A stretch of DNA of 64,000 nt from Opitutia bacterium. Its GTDB lineage: Bacteria; Verrucomicrobiota; Verrucomicrobiia; Opitutales; Opitutaceae. Position numbers and translations under genes: made by a program. Location of the stretch: the NCBI GenBank assembly GCA_947478395.1, contig CANJVR010000001.1:32001-96000 (forward strand). Reading direction: 5' to 3'. How positions within the stretch are numbered: the stretch's first letter is position 1; each line of letters begins with the position of its first letter. The notes under the pieces were generated by a model. It ran no database searches and had not been told where the DNA came from. It saw nothing but the letters and a program-made list of their open reading frames with translations. Below are positions 17,884 through 29,026 of this stretch, piece after piece.

Positions 17884-19002
17884 ATGCCCGTCGGTCTCCG
17901 CGCTTTTTTTCGTTTTCAGGAAAGTGGCCTGCTGCTCGTCATCCTCGCCCTCGGCGTTCTGCTCACGGCCTTTGCCGGGACCGTGCGCACGCCGGTGTTT
18001 GAACGTGCGGCGGATGGCTCGCGCAGCCGGGTGTTCACAACCAACGCCGCCGGCGAACGCGTTCCGCTCACCGCCGAGAAAAATAAATTTCTCAACACCC
18101 AGAACCTCGCGCAGCTCGCCAAGGATACCAGCTTCATCGCGATCATGGCGGTCGGCATGGCCGTCGTCATCATTTCCGGCGGTATCGATCTCACGGTCGG
18201 CTCGATCTACGCTCTCGCCTCCGTCGTCGGCGCGCTCGTCCTGCATCGCTACGGCCCTGAAGCATCCGGCGCCAACGGTTCACCCGCGCTCGGCATCGTG
18301 CTCGGCGCCAGCGCGTGCGTCGGCGTCGCCGCGCTCTGTGGACTCATCACCGGCGGGCTGATCGTCGCGCTGCGCGTCCATCCGTTCATCATCACGCTCG
18401 GCGGCATGGCAATCCTCCGCGGCATCGCGTTTGTCATCACGAAGGGACAATCCGTCGGCAGTTTTCCCGCCGGCTTGCGCGATTTTGTCCGCTTCGAAAT
18501 CGGCGACGGTCTCAGCTTTGTTCCGCTCATGACGATGCTCGCCGTGCTATTTGTCGGCTGGATTTTCCTTTCGCGCCTCGCCGCCGGCCGGCGCGTCTAC
18601 GCGATTGGGGGCAACGAACTTGCCGCGCGTTTCAGCGGCATCCGCGTCGAGCGCGTGAAGCTCGGCGTGTATCTTATCAGCGGCCTATGCGCGGGCATCG
18701 CCGCCTTGCTTTCGCTTGGTTACTATGGCGCCGCCACTTCGGGCGACGGCCAGGGCTACGAACTCAATGTCATCGCGGCCGCCGTCGTGGGCGGCGCCAG
18801 TCTGACCGGCGGCCGCGGCTCGGCGCTCGGCGTGGTCCTAGGAGCATTGATCATTCAAATGATTTCCAGCGGCATCGTGATTCTTGGCATCGACCAGAAC
18901 TACAGCCAGATCATCATCGGTTCCGTCGTGATCGCCGCCGTCGTCTTGGACAACCTCAACACCTGGCTCGCCAAACGCCGCCTTACGGCCAAGGCCCACT
19001 GA
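17884..19002 (+). CDS. Sugar ABC transporter permease (RbsC-like)
   Basis: GGIDLTVGS, PFIITLG, YAIGGN, GYELNVIAAAVVGGASLTGG. Confidence 0.93.
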   Translation: MPVGLRAFFRFQESGLLLVILALGVLLTAFAGTVRTPVFERAADGSRSRVFTTNAAGERVPLTAEKNKFLNTQNLAQLAKDTSFIAIMAVGMAVVIISGGIDLTVGSIYALASVVGALVLHRYGPEASGANGSPALGIVLGASACVGVAALCGLITGGLIVALRVHPFIITLGGMAILRGIAFVITKGQSVGSFPAGLRDFVRFEIGDGLSFVPLMTMLAVLFVGWIFLSRLAAGRRVYAIGGNELAARFSGIRVERVKLGVYLISGLCAGIAALLSLGYYGAATSGDGQGYELNVIAAAVVGGASLTGGRGSALGVVLGALIIQMISSGIVILGIDQNYSQIIIGSVVIAAVVLDNLNTWLAKRRLTAKAH

Positions 19003-19152
19003 CCTGCTCTATTGCCGCAAAAAAGCCCTAAAAAATCCAAGGGGTTCGCCTTGATCTCCAGCGCCCCTAAGGCGCAACGAAATCTCCGGCACAGCCATAA
19101 CCGAATTTTGTGACTCTTCGCGGCCAACCCGCCAAATCCTCTCCCTTTCCCC

Positions 19153-20121
19153 ATGAAAAAAAACCTCCAAATCCTCCTCGCCAGCTCGCTGCTGAGTCTC
19201 GCGGCTTTCACCGCTCACGCGGCTGATACTCCGCGCACCATCACCCTCGGCCTTGTCGCCAAATCCCAGGGCAATCCCGTCTTCCAAGCCGCTCGCGTCG
19301 GCGCCCAGGATGCGGCCAAGGAGTTGAGCGCAAAACTCCATCTCAACATCAAGATCGATTGGCGCACGCCGAACGAAGAAGACGCCCAGAAGCAGGCCGA
19401 GGCCATCGAACAACTCGTCCTTGCCGGGGCCGAGGGCATCGCGGTCAGTTGCTCCGACGCGAACAAGCTCACCGACGCCATCAACTCCGCCGTGAAAAAC
19501 GGCGTGCCCGTGGCCACCTTCGATTCCGACGCCCCCGCCAGCCAACGCTTCGTCACCTACGGCGTGGACGATATCGAGTGCGGCAAACAAACGATGGACG
19601 AGCTCGCCAAAATCATGAACGGACGCGGCATCGTCGCGATCCTCGCCGGCAACCAAAATGCCCCCAATCTCCAGAAGCGCGTGCAGGGCGCGAAAGAGGC
19701 CGCGAAGAAATATCCGGGCATCACGATCCGCGACACCTACTATCATAAAGAGACGCCCCAAGACGCCGCCGCGAAAGTCGAGCAAGTCATGCAGGCCAAT
19801 CCCGATATCGCGGGCTGGGCCATGATTGGCGGCTGGCCGCTCTTCACCGAGAACGCGCTGAAATGGCAACCCGGTACCGTGAAGTGCGTTTCGGTCGACG
19901 CACTGCCCGCCCAGCTTAATTACATCCGCAGCGGTCACGTCCCGGTCTTGCTCGCCCAACAATGCTACGAGTGGGGCCACAAGTCGGTCGAGCATCTCAT
20001 CAACAAGATCGTCCTGAAAAAAGATCCTGCCGCAGTCAAAGATGTCAGTGCCCTGATTCCCGTAACCAAGGAGAACGTTGATGCTTTCGCGAAGAACTGG
20101 GAAAAGTGGCTGCCAAAGTGA
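19153..20121 (+). CDS. Sugar ABC transporter periplasmic binding protein
   Basis: Signal peptide; NPVF, GVPVATFDSD; RbsB-like pattern. Confidence 0.92.
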   Translation: MKKNLQILLASSLLSLAAFTAHAADTPRTITLGLVAKSQGNPVFQAARVGAQDAAKELSAKLHLNIKIDWRTPNEEDAQKQAEAIEQLVLAGAEGIAVSCSDANKLTDAINSAVKNGVPVATFDSDAPASQRFVTYGVDDIECGKQTMDELAKIMNGRGIVAILAGNQNAPNLQKRVQGAKEAAKKYPGITIRDTYYHKETPQDAAAKVEQVMQANPDIAGWAMIGGWPLFTENALKWQPGTVKCVSVDALPAQLNYIRSGHVPVLLAQQCYEWGHKSVEHLINKIVLKKDPAAVKDVSALIPVTKENVDAFAKNWEKWLPK

Positions 20122-20237
20122 GGCGCTTGGCGCATTACTTCGTTGAAGTTGAAAGTTTAAGTTGAAGTCAGCGATGCCTTACACCGAGCGGCAGCCGTGG
20201 CCTTAAACTTTTCCCTTAAACTTAGACTATCCCGCTG

Positions 20238-21731
20238 ATGTCCTTCCTGACTTTCAGCGGGATCACCAAACGCTTTCCCGGCGTGCTCGCGCTCGATGGC
20301 GTTTCTTTCGCCGTTGAGCGCGGGACGTGCCACGCCCTGATCGGCGAAAACGGCGCGGGCAAAAGTACGCTCGGGAAAATTCTCGCCGGGGTCTACACCG
20401 CCGATTCCGGCCAACTCCTGCGCGACGGCCAGCCCATCGCGCCGCACTCGCCCCTCGCCGCCCGCCAGCTCGGCATCGCGATGGTGCATCAGGAACTCGC
20501 GTTCTGCCCCAACCTCTCCGTCGCCGAAAATCTCTGCCTCGGCGATCTCCCGCGCCGCGCCGGCTTCGTCGATCGCGCCGCCCTCCGCGCGCGCGCCCGC
20601 GCGATGCTCGCGACGATTGGCGCCGAGATCGATCCCGACACGCTGATCGGCACGCTCTCCACGGGACGCGAACAACTCGTCCAAATCGCCGCCGCCGTCG
20701 GCACGGGCGCGCAAATCATCGTGATGGACGAGCCGACCAGTTCGCTCTCTGCCGCCGAGACCGCCGACCTTTTCCGCCTCATCCGCGTACTCAAAGGCCG
20801 CGGCCTTACGCTCATCTACGTTTCGCACCGCATGGATGAACTCTTCGCTTTGTGCGACAACATCACGGTCCTCCGCGACGGCCGCCACATCGCGACTGAG
20901 TCCATCGCCGCGACCACTCCCGCGCGCGTGGTCACGCAAATGATCGGCCGCGAACTCATCGCACAAACGCCCGCCCATCTCACGCGCGAACTCGGGACCA
21001 TTCGCCTCGAAATCAACGCCCTCGCGTCACCGGGCAAATTTTCCGACATCGCGCTCTCCGTTCGCGCCGGCGAAATCGTGGGCCTTGCGGGTATCGTGGG
21101 CGCCGGTCGCAGCGAAGTGGTTCAAGCGGTCTTCGGCCTCGATCCCGAAGCCACCGGCGCCATTCGCATTCACGATCGTCTCCTGCCCCTTGGTTCGGTC
21201 GAGCACGCGCTCGAAGCCGGCGTCGGCCTTGTTCCGGAAGATCGCAAACGGCAGGGGCTGGTCCTCGGACTCAACTGTCGCGAGAATACCGCGCTCGCCT
21301 CGCTGCCGCGCCTTTCGACTTTCGGTTGGATGCGACGTAGTACGGAACGCTCGCTCGCCGAGCGGTACGCGAAACGTCTGCGCCTGAAAACGCCGTCAAT
21401 CGACGCCATCACCGCCGGTCTCAGCGGCGGCAACCAGCAAAAAATCGCCCTCGCGAAATGGCTCGCCCGCGATTGTGACGTGCTGCTCATCGATGAGCCG
21501 ACGCGTGGAGTCGATGTTGGCGCGAAGGCTGAGATTTACCAACTCCTCGACGAACTCGCCTGCGAAGGCAAAGCGCTACTGGTCGTCTCCTCTGAATTAC
21601 CCGAGTTAATCGGCCTATGCCGTCGCATCCTCGTGATGCGTGAAGGCCGGCTGGCCGGTGAAGTGCCGCGCGCCGATTTCAGCGAAGCCGCTCTGATGCG
21701 TCTGATGGCCGGCGTCGCGGCCGCCGCCTAG
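20238..21731 (+). CDS. Sugar ABC transporter ATP-binding protein (RbsA-like, two ABC domains)
   Basis: GENGAGKST, MDEPTSSL, LSGGNQQK, DEPTRGVDVGAK. Confidence 0.94.
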   Translation: MSFLTFSGITKRFPGVLALDGVSFAVERGTCHALIGENGAGKSTLGKILAGVYTADSGQLLRDGQPIAPHSPLAARQLGIAMVHQELAFCPNLSVAENLCLGDLPRRAGFVDRAALRARARAMLATIGAEIDPDTLIGTLSTGREQLVQIAAAVGTGAQIIVMDEPTSSLSAAETADLFRLIRVLKGRGLTLIYVSHRMDELFALCDNITVLRDGRHIATESIAATTPARVVTQMIGRELIAQTPAHLTRELGTIRLEINALASPGKFSDIALSVRAGEIVGLAGIVGAGRSEVVQAVFGLDPEATGAIRIHDRLLPLGSVEHALEAGVGLVPEDRKRQGLVLGLNCRENTALASLPRLSTFGWMRRSTERSLAERYAKRLRLKTPSIDAITAGLSGGNQQKIALAKWLARDCDVLLIDEPTRGVDVGAKAEIYQLLDELACEGKALLVVSSELPELIGLCRRILVMREGRLAGEVPRADFSEAALMRLMAGVAAAA

Positions 21732-21868
21732 AACGGCTTAAACCAAAGCGTAGCCACGAGCGATGTAGCCGCCAGCGGCCCGGCGGGCCAAAACAAGGAA
21801 TTCGAACCCGGCAGGCCGAGACGCCCGCCGCGCCCCAAAACGGCCGCGGGAAACTTAAACCGCCCTTG
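21728..21868 (-). mobile_element. Degenerate MITE-like REP-carrying element (copy G)
   Basis: Ends CTAGAACGGCTTAA and TTAAACCGCCCTT; decayed REP core; starts on the TAG stop of the upstream gene. Confidence 0.6.
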
Positions 21869-22100
21869 ATCAGGCGCGCGGCGGTCGGCCACGGAGGATA
21901 TTTGAATCCTCGAGGGAGCGGTCGTGTGGCAAGCGCACTGACTCACGACGCCGACCTGCCGATCGCCCCCGCGCTTCGCCGCAGATCACCCGGAATCCAC
22001 CGGGAAGTTTTTAGCCGTGAGTCGACCCGCGCAAAATCTGCGTCGTTTCCGGCAATCTGCGCGCAGCGAATCAGCCGCTCCAGCCGTATAATATCGCGTC

Positions 22101-22571
22101 ATGAAAACCATCCTCGCCCCGATCGATTTTTCGGCCGTCAGCAATTCCGTCATCGACGCCGCTCGTATGCTCGCCCGCGCCGTCAATGGCCGCATTGTCA
22201 TTCTCAGCGTCGTACAGCCGCCCGTCATCACCGGTGACTTCAGCCCAATGTTGGAAAATATCGGCGCGATCATCGACCACCAGGAAAAGACCGTGAGCCG
22301 GCATTTGAGCCGTCTCGCGCAACGGCTCGCCACGCCCACGCTTTCCATCGAAACCGTCCGGGACACAGGCCTGCCAGCACCGCTGATTTTGGAGCAGGCC
22401 AAAAAATGTGACGCCGACTACATCGTCATGGGCTCGCACGGACACACGGCGCTCTACGATTTGATCGTCGGCAGCACCACGCACCAAGTGCTCAAGAAAG
22501 CGGGCTGCCCCGTGATGATTGTACCGCCGCCCATGAAAAAAGCGGCCCGGCGCAAAGCCAAAACGCGTTGA
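22101..22571 (+). CDS. Universal stress protein
   Basis: ILAPIDFS, DYIVMGSHG, VGSTTHQVLKKAGCPVMIVP. Confidence 0.93.
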   Translation: MKTILAPIDFSAVSNSVIDAARMLARAVNGRIVILSVVQPPVITGDFSPMLENIGAIIDHQEKTVSRHLSRLAQRLATPTLSIETVRDTGLPAPLILEQAKKCDADYIVMGSHGHTALYDLIVGSTTHQVLKKAGCPVMIVPPPMKKAARRKAKTR

Positions 22572-22594
22572 GCCGCCGCTCAGCCGCTGCGGCC

Positions 22595-22619
22595 GAATGT
22601 CACTTAATAGGTGACATTC
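22595..22619. repeat. Palindrome GAATGTCACTTAATAGGTGACATTC
   Basis: Near-perfect inverted repeat; one mismatch to the copy at 52167-52191. Confidence 0.8.
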
Positions 22620-22721
22620 CCCCGCGGGCATTTGCCGGAAACGCGGGCCGCCTGCTTTTCGCCTGAGGGACGCAGACTTGCAGCCCTCCCGTTCGCGCCC
22701 GACTATCTCGCCTCAATTGCC

Positions 22722-24023
22722 ATGAGCGCAGACGCCGCGAACTTATCTTCCGTTCGAGACTCCATCGCCCTTCGCCGCGCCCGCATCGCCGCCGTCGTTC
22801 CGCTCGATGACGCCCTGCTCATTGTTGCTGCCGGCGATCCCGTTCACCTGCCGGAAAATTCGGATCAGACTTACCCTTTCCGGAGCCACGCCGAATATTA
22901 CTACCTCACCGGTCAGGAGTGTCCGGGCGGCATCCTCGCCTACGATCCGCTCGATCGCCGGTGGATCTCGTTTGTCCCCGCGATCACGGAAGCCGAAAAA
23001 ATTTGGGAGGCCCGCGCCCAGCTTTCCGGCACGCCATTGCCTGAATTCGCTTCCTGGTTCCGCGCCCGCCGTGGCCGTCGTGTGGCCAATCTCGGCGCGC
23101 TCGTCGCCGCCCTGGGCTTCGACGAAGAACTTACCACTCTCGTGCGCGATCATTTTCAGCACGCCCGTCGCGCCAAAGACGCCGGCGAACTCGCCCTCAT
23201 GCGCCGCGCCGTCGCCGCCACGGCGGCTGGTTTCGAAAAACTTTGCGCGGCGCTTCGCCCCGGCATTTCCGAGCGGGCACTGCAGATCGAAATCGAAGCG
23301 GAATTTCTCCGCCATGGCGCGACCCGCACTGGCTACGATACGATCGTCGGTGGGGGATCGAATTCCGCCGTACTCCATTTTCAACCCACCGCCCGCGCCG
23401 TCCGCGAGGGCGAGTTCGTGCTCGTCGATGCCGGAGCGGAGGTCGACCGTTATGTGGCTGATGTCACCCGCACATTCGTCGTCGGCCGACCCAACGCGTT
23501 TCAACGCGATCTTTACCAGATCGTGCTCGCCGCCCAGGAACGCGCCATCACCCGGTGCGTCGCCGGCGCCGAGTGGAAAAGCCTCCACCTCGCCTGCGCC
23601 ACCGATCTCGTCGATGGCCTGATTTCCGTCGGGGTGCTGCGCGGAAAGGCCCACGCGCTGATCGAACAGGAAGCCCACGCGCTCTTTTTTCCCCATGGGC
23701 TTGGTCACCTCGTCGGCCTCGGCGTGCGCGACGCCAGCGGTTTGGCCATCGGCCGGCGCCAAGACCATCGCCCCTCGCTGCGCATGCTGCGCCTCGATCT
23801 TCCGCTCCAAGCGGGCTACGTCGTCACCGTCGAACCCGGCCTCTATTTTATTCCACCGCTGCTCAACGACCCCGCCCGCCGCGCGCGCTTTCACGACAGC
23901 GTCAACTGGCCGCTCGTCGACCAGCACCTCGGCCTCGGTGGAGTTCGCATCGAGGACAACATTCTCGTCACCGGCGGCGCGCCGGAAAACCTAACCGCGG
24001 CGATCGCCAAGACGCTCGCCTGA
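22722..24023 (+). CDS. Xaa-Pro aminopeptidase (M24B family)
   Basis: YPFRSHAEYYYLTG, LVDAG, DVTRT, PHGLGH, TVEPGLYF, GGVRIEDN. Confidence 0.9.
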   Translation: MSADAANLSSVRDSIALRRARIAAVVPLDDALLIVAAGDPVHLPENSDQTYPFRSHAEYYYLTGQECPGGILAYDPLDRRWISFVPAITEAEKIWEARAQLSGTPLPEFASWFRARRGRRVANLGALVAALGFDEELTTLVRDHFQHARRAKDAGELALMRRAVAATAAGFEKLCAALRPGISERALQIEIEAEFLRHGATRTGYDTIVGGGSNSAVLHFQPTARAVREGEFVLVDAGAEVDRYVADVTRTFVVGRPNAFQRDLYQIVLAAQERAITRCVAGAEWKSLHLACATDLVDGLISVGVLRGKAHALIEQEAHALFFPHGLGHLVGLGVRDASGLAIGRRQDHRPSLRMLRLDLPLQAGYVVTVEPGLYFIPPLLNDPARRARFHDSVNWPLVDQHLGLGGVRIEDNILVTGGAPENLTAAIAKTLA

Positions 24024-24460
24024 TCGGCCGGGACAACAGCGAAATTCGCGGAATCTTTATCTGCAATTTCACGACTTTTAAGTCGGCGAGGCCGGCCTCG
24101 GTGGGGTGAAACTCTCGCGCAGCCGGGCTAACTTTCGTTCAGCGAAACTCATTTAGAAACGCCCCTTGGGTGCCGATGTCGTCCGATTCCCGGCATCATT
24201 CGCCGGCGCCTGACGACTCCACCTCGAAGGCGCGAATCCGACGCACCCGCGAAAGGGGATTGGTATCTACCGCGTGCCGCTGAAATTGCGCGCTTGCGAC
24301 CCGCGCGAAACAGGCGGGCGGCCGAGCGTGCGACCACCGAACCGGTGCATCAGACCGCGGGCGCGCGCTCAACCGGCAGGAATCCCTCTGGGATCGGACC
24401 AGGATCAACCCAGACGATTTTTCGTGGACAACCTCACGCCAGCCCTTCTTTTTTCTCCGC

Positions 24461-24697
24461 ATGTCTTCGCCGCTCGGAAAACTCACTTCGCCCGTCAGCC
24501 TCGCCGTCGATGCCGTGCTGGTCGCCGCTTTTTTCGCCTATCTCTATACGCTCGTTGCGCCGCACGTCCCCTCCCGCGATCCCAAGATGATCATGTTCTT
24601 CGGCGCGGCGTGCGCGGCGTGTATGTCGGGTGTTTTTTGGCTCGCGGTGCAGATGTTCCGCGTGGTCCTGAAAGCCCAGTTGCAGGCCAAGAAGTAA
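24461..24697 (+). CDS. Small hypothetical membrane protein (2 TM)
   Basis: 78 aa, two hydrophobic helices, basic tail. Confidence 0.65.
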   Translation: MSSPLGKLTSPVSLAVDAVLVAAFFAYLYTLVAPHVPSRDPKMIMFFGAACAACMSGVFWLAVQMFRVVLKAQLQAKK

Positions 24698-24904
24698 ATC
24701 GGCCCGCGTTTTCCACTCTACCTTCGCGCACGACTCAACTCGTGCGCTTTTTTGTGCCGTCGTGCGGCGCTTCGAGCCCGCGTTCGGATCGATCCGCGCT
24801 GTGAGTTGAAGAGGAAAACGGCGCAGGAGCGCAGCCGCCCTCGGCTGCAATCAGATCAGAAATGCGGCCGGGGGCGGCCGCGCTCCCGGGCTAAGCCTCA
24901 AACG

Positions 24905-25017
24905 GTAGTGCAGCGGCAGGGCGTCTCTGCCTGCCGCATTCAGCGTCATCATTTCGGCAGGCAGGGACGCCTGCCGCTACGTCGTTAGCGGCTACGCTTT
25001 TGGCTACACCGCGCTAG
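24905..25017 (+). mobile_element. MITE-like REP-carrying element (copy E, left end decayed)
   Basis: Inverted REP pair then GCTACGCTTTTGGCTACACCGCGCTAG right end. Confidence 0.7.
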
Positions 25018-25023
25018 TGTCCC

Positions 25024-25839
25024 CTAGCTATTGTTCCGCTGCGTCCGGCGTTTTTCGACGCGCGTCGAAGCGAGGATCGCAAGTTCGTAGAGCAGATAAA
25101 GCGGCAACGCGTAGATCGTCATGATGAACGGATCGGGCGTCGGGGTGACGACTGCGGCGATAATGAAAATCAGCACGATCGCATGCCGGCGATATTTGCG
25201 CAGAAACGCCGTCGAAATCAGGCCGAGCCAAACCAAGAGCAGGATGACCAGCGGAAATTCAAACGAAGCGCCCGTGCCCAACACCAACCACGTGAGCATG
25301 CTGTAATAGCTCCCCGGGGTCCAACGCGTCGTGTATTCGAAATAGTCGTTCAACTCAATCGACACCTTGACCGTGCTCGGCACCAGCAGGAGAAAGCTAA
25401 ACGTCGCACCAATCGCGAAGAGAATGCCCGCGGCCACACACATCGGGAGCACCGCCTTCATTTCCTTCTTCGTCAGCGCCGGGGAGACAAACTGCGCGAC
25501 GAAAAAAAGGCAGAAAGGCGCAGCGAGAAAGAATCCGCCGAAAATGCACATCTGGATCGCGACGTTAAATCCCTCCATGATCGTCACCGTACCCAGCTTC
25601 TCGAAGGTTCTGCCCGGATAGGACGCCCAGACGGAAGTCAACGGCCACTCCAGGACGTGCTTAAACTCGAGGAGGAAATATCCGATCAGGCTGGCGAAGA
25701 CCACGAACGTGATCGTGCACTTGATCAGCGTCCAACGCAGGTCCTCCAGATGATCAAAAAAGCCCATCGCCTTTTCGCGCGGGGAAATCTCGGCGTCGGC
25801 GGACTTGGTTTGGGAGTCGGATTGGTCGTCGGTGCTCAC
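25024..25839 (-). CDS. tatC: Twin-arginine translocase subunit TatC
   Basis: MGFFDHLEDLR, FVSPAL, FEFP, LRKYRRHA, AAVVTPTPDP. Confidence 0.95.
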   Translation of the reverse strand: MSTDDQSDSQTKSADAEISPREKAMGFFDHLEDLRWTLIKCTITFVVFASLIGYFLLEFKHVLEWPLTSVWASYPGRTFEKLGTVTIMEGFNVAIQMCIFGGFFLAAPFCLFFVAQFVSPALTKKEMKAVLPMCVAAGILFAIGATFSFLLLVPSTVKVSIELNDYFEYTTRWTPGSYYSMLTWLVLGTGASFEFPLVILLLVWLGLISTAFLRKYRRHAIVLIFIIAAVVTPTPDPFIMTIYALPLYLLYELAILASTRVEKRRTQRNNS

Positions 25840-26166
25840 GAGATGGAAAAGGGAAGGCGGATGGTGGGAGATTTTTTCCAAAACGGAAGCGCGATTGCGT
25901 CCCCACCTTCCGGTTGCCGTGCGCCCGCGCTACACCCAGCAAAAAACACCAGGCAAATTCCCTCGGTGAGACCGCTTAACCGAGAGCGGCCGGAAAGGGT
26001 TGGGGCTGACTATGCACCATTACGGCCCGCCGTGCTTGAACAAACCCAGCCACAACCTCGCCGTGCGTCCTCCTGCGCCGTTGACAGCCCGGGACGCGGG
26101 CGTTTTGCATCTTCCCTTCTGCGTCCGTCGCAGCTGTCCGTTTTTTTAACCGCATAACTCCTCCAC

Positions 26167-28971
26167 ATGGCCGCCAAATCCAAAGCTAAGAAAGCCCCCT
26201 CGTCCGCGAAGAAGTTCGCTCCCAAGGGCAAGCCCGCTCCGAAGAAGTCCGCCCCCAAGGGCCTTAAATACGTTTACACGTGGGGCGCCGGCAAGGCCGA
26301 CGGCAACGGCTCGATGAAAAATCTCCTCGGCGGCAAGGGCGCTAATCTCGCCGAGATGACCCGCATCAGCCTGCCCGTGCCTCCCGGTTTCACGATTACG
26401 ACCGAGGTCTGCACTTACTACTACGCCAACAAGCGCACGTACCCCACCTCGCTCCAGTCCCAGATGGAAGCCGGCGTCGCCAACATGGAAAAAATCATGG
26501 GCACGAAGTTCGGCGCCACCACCGGCACCCCGCTCCTCGTCGCCGTCCGCTCGGGCGCGCGCGATTCCATGCCCGGCATGATGGACACGATTCTTAATCT
26601 CGGCCTCAACGACCAGAGCGTCGTCGCCCTCGTCGAATCCACCAAGAATCCCCGCTTCGCTTGGGATTGCTACCGCCGCTTCATTCAAATGTACGGCGAC
26701 GTCGTCATCGGCGTGCAGAAACGCGAAGGCGAAGATCACGATCCGTTCGAGTCCGTCATCCACGGTTTCAAACACGAAAAATATCACGGCGACATCGAGG
26801 ACTCGAAGCTCACCGCCGAGGACCAGCAAGAACTCGTCAAGCGCTTCAAGGCCCTCGTCAAAGAGCGCACCGGAAAATCGTTCCCGAACGATCCGTGGGA
26901 TCAGCTCCGCGGCGCCGCCGGCGCCGTATTCGGTTCGTGGATGAACGACCGCGCCAAGGTCTACCGCGCGAAGTACAACATCCCCTCCGAGTGGGGCACC
27001 GCCGTCAACGTCCAGGCCATGGTCTTCGGCAACACCGGTGACACCTCCGGCTCCGGCGTGGCGTTCACCCGCAATCCCGCCAACGGCATCAACGAATTTT
27101 ACGGCGAATTCCTCATTAACGCGCAGGGCGAAGACGTCGTCGCCGGCGTGCGCACGCCCGAGCCCGTCCTGAAATTGAAGGACGTCATGCCGAAGTCCTA
27201 CGCCGAGCTCCTAAAAGTTCGCGCCACGCTCGAGAAGCATTTCAAGGACGTTCAGGACATCGAGTTCACGATCCAGGACGGCAAGCTGTTCATGCTCCAG
27301 ACGCGCAACGGCAAACGCACCGCCGCCGCCGCGCTGAAGTTCTCCGTCGATATGGTGAAGGAGAAACTCATCAACTGGCAGACCGCGATCACGCGCAACC
27401 CGGCTGATCAGCTCGACCAGCTCCTCGCCCCGATCTTCGATCTCGCCGAGGTCAAGAAGGCCAAGGTCATCGCGACCGGTCTGCCCGCCGGCCCCGGCGC
27501 CGCCACCGGTAAGATCTACTTCAACGCTGATCGCGCCGTCCAAGCCGCCGACAAGGGCGAGAAAGTTCTCCTCGTCCGCGTCGAAACCTCGCCCGAAGAT
27601 TTGCGCGGCATGATCGCCGCCGAAGGTATTCTCACCGCTCGCGGTGGCGTTTCCTCGCACGCGGCGCTCGTCGCCCGCCAGATGGGCAAGGTCTGCGTGT
27701 GCGGCGCCGCCGCCCTCCAGGTCGACTACGACAAGAAGACCCTGACCGTCGACGGCCGGACCTACGGCGAAGGCGATTATCTGTCGATCGACGGGACCGC
27801 CGGCACCGTTTACGCGGGCCAGATCAAGACCGCTTCGTCCGAAATCATCGCCGGCCTCGTCAACAACGACAAAGCGGCGCAAGCCACGGAAAAGTTCAAG
27901 AGCTTCACCCAGCTCATGAAATGGTGCGCGCAAGCCACCAAGCTCTCCGTGCGCACCAACGCCGATACGCCTGAGCAGACGCGCATCGCCGTCGCGTTCG
28001 GCGCCGTCGGCATCGGCCTCACCCGCACCGAGCACATGTTCTTCGAAGGCGACCGCATCGACGCCATGCGCGAGATGATCCTCGCCGATTCGCTCGCCGA
28101 CCGTCAGGCCGCGCTCGCGAAACTGTTGCCGTACCAACGCGACGACTTCTTCGGCATCTTTAAGGCGCTAAAAGGATTCCCCGCGACGATTCGTTTCCTC
28201 GATCCGCCATTGCACGAGTTCCTGCCTAACACGAAGGAAGCGCAAATGGATCTCGCCCGAAAACTCAACGTTACCGTCGAGAAGATCATGCACCGCGTGC
28301 ACGAGCTGCATGAATTCAACCCGATGCTCGGCTTCCGCGGCTGCCGTCTCGGCATCAAGTATCCGGAAATCACCGCCATGCAGGCGCGCGCCGTCCTCGA
28401 GGCCGCCGCCGATGCGACCAAGGCCGGCTTCAAGGCCAAGCCCGAAATCATGATCCCGCTCGTCGGCTTCAAGAAGGAGCTCGATCTCCAGACCGAGCTT
28501 GTGCACGAGATCGCCCGCGCCGTGCAAAAGGAGAAGAAGGTGAAGATCTCCTACTCCGTCGGCACGATGATCGAGATCCCGCGCGGTGCACTCACCGCCG
28601 ACGAGATCGCGCACACGGCTGAGTTCTTCAGCTTCGGCACGAACGATCTCACGCAGACCTGCCTCGGCATGTCGCGCGACGACTCAGGTTCGTTCCTCGG
28701 CGCGTATCAAGAGTCCGAGATCATGAAGAAGAACCCGTTCGCGAGCATCGATCAGACCGGCGTGGGCCAGCTGATGCAGATCGCGATCGAGAAGGGCCGG
28801 AAGACCCGCCCCAACATCAAGCTCGGTATCTGCGGCGAACACGGTGGCGATCCGGACTCGGTGAAGTTCTGTCACAAGCTCGGCCTCACCTACGTCTCGT
28901 GCTCGCCCTACCGCGTGCCGGTCGCGCGCCTCGCCGCCGCCCAGGCAGCGGTCGCCGATCTGAAGAAGTAA
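26167..28971 (+). CDS. ppdK: Pyruvate, phosphate dikinase
   Basis: [28 protein letters not shown] (phospho-His), [17 protein letters not shown]. Confidence 0.98.
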   Translation: MAAKSKAKKAPSSAKKFAPKGKPAPKKSAPKGLKYVYTWGAGKADGNGSMKNLLGGKGANLAEMTRISLPVPPGFTITTEVCTYYYANKRTYPTSLQSQMEAGVANMEKIMGTKFGATTGTPLLVAVRSGARDSMPGMMDTILNLGLNDQSVVALVESTKNPRFAWDCYRRFIQMYGDVVIGVQKREGEDHDPFESVIHGFKHEKYHGDIEDSKLTAEDQQELVKRFKALVKERTGKSFPNDPWDQLRGAAGAVFGSWMNDRAKVYRAKYNIPSEWGTAVNVQAMVFGNTGDTSGSGVAFTRNPANGINEFYGEFLINAQGEDVVAGVRTPEPVLKLKDVMPKSYAELLKVRATLEKHFKDVQDIEFTIQDGKLFMLQTRNGKRTAAAALKFSVDMVKEKLINWQTAITRNPADQLDQLLAPIFDLAEVKKAKVIATGLPAGPGAATGKIYFNADRAVQAADKGEKVLLVRVETSPEDLRGMIAAEGILTARGGVSSHAALVARQMGKVCVCGAAALQVDYDKKTLTVDGRTYGEGDYLSIDGTAGTVYAGQIKTASSEIIAGLVNNDKAAQATEKFKSFTQLMKWCAQATKLSVRTNADTPEQTRIAVAFGAVGIGLTRTEHMFFEGDRIDAMREMILADSLADRQAALAKLLPYQRDDFFGIFKALKGFPATIRFLDPPLHEFLPNTKEAQMDLARKLNVTVEKIMHRVHELHEFNPMLGFRGCRLGIKYPEITAMQARAVLEAAADATKAGFKAKPEIMIPLVGFKKELDLQTELVHEIARAVQKEKKVKISYSVGTMIEIPRGALTADEIAHTAEFFSFGTNDLTQTCLGMSRDDSGSFLGAYQESEIMKKNPFASIDQTGVGQLMQIAIEKGRKTRPNIKLGICGEHGGDPDSVKFCHKLGLTYVSCSPYRVPVARLAAAQAAVADLKK

Positions 28972-28995
28972 GCGCGAAACATCCGCAAGATTCTC

Positions 28996-29024
28996 AGCCC
29001 CGGCTTCATCGCCGGGGCTTTTTT
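28996..29024 (+). terminator. Rho-independent terminator of ppdK
   Basis: AGCCCCGGC-TTCATC-GCCGGGGCT followed by a T-run. Confidence 0.88.
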
Positions 29025-29026
29025 GC

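Noticed and set aside
24030..24450. Riboswitch or ncRNA in the long intergenic gap
   Set aside because: Only a short GAAA-capped stem; no family consensus recognisable by eye
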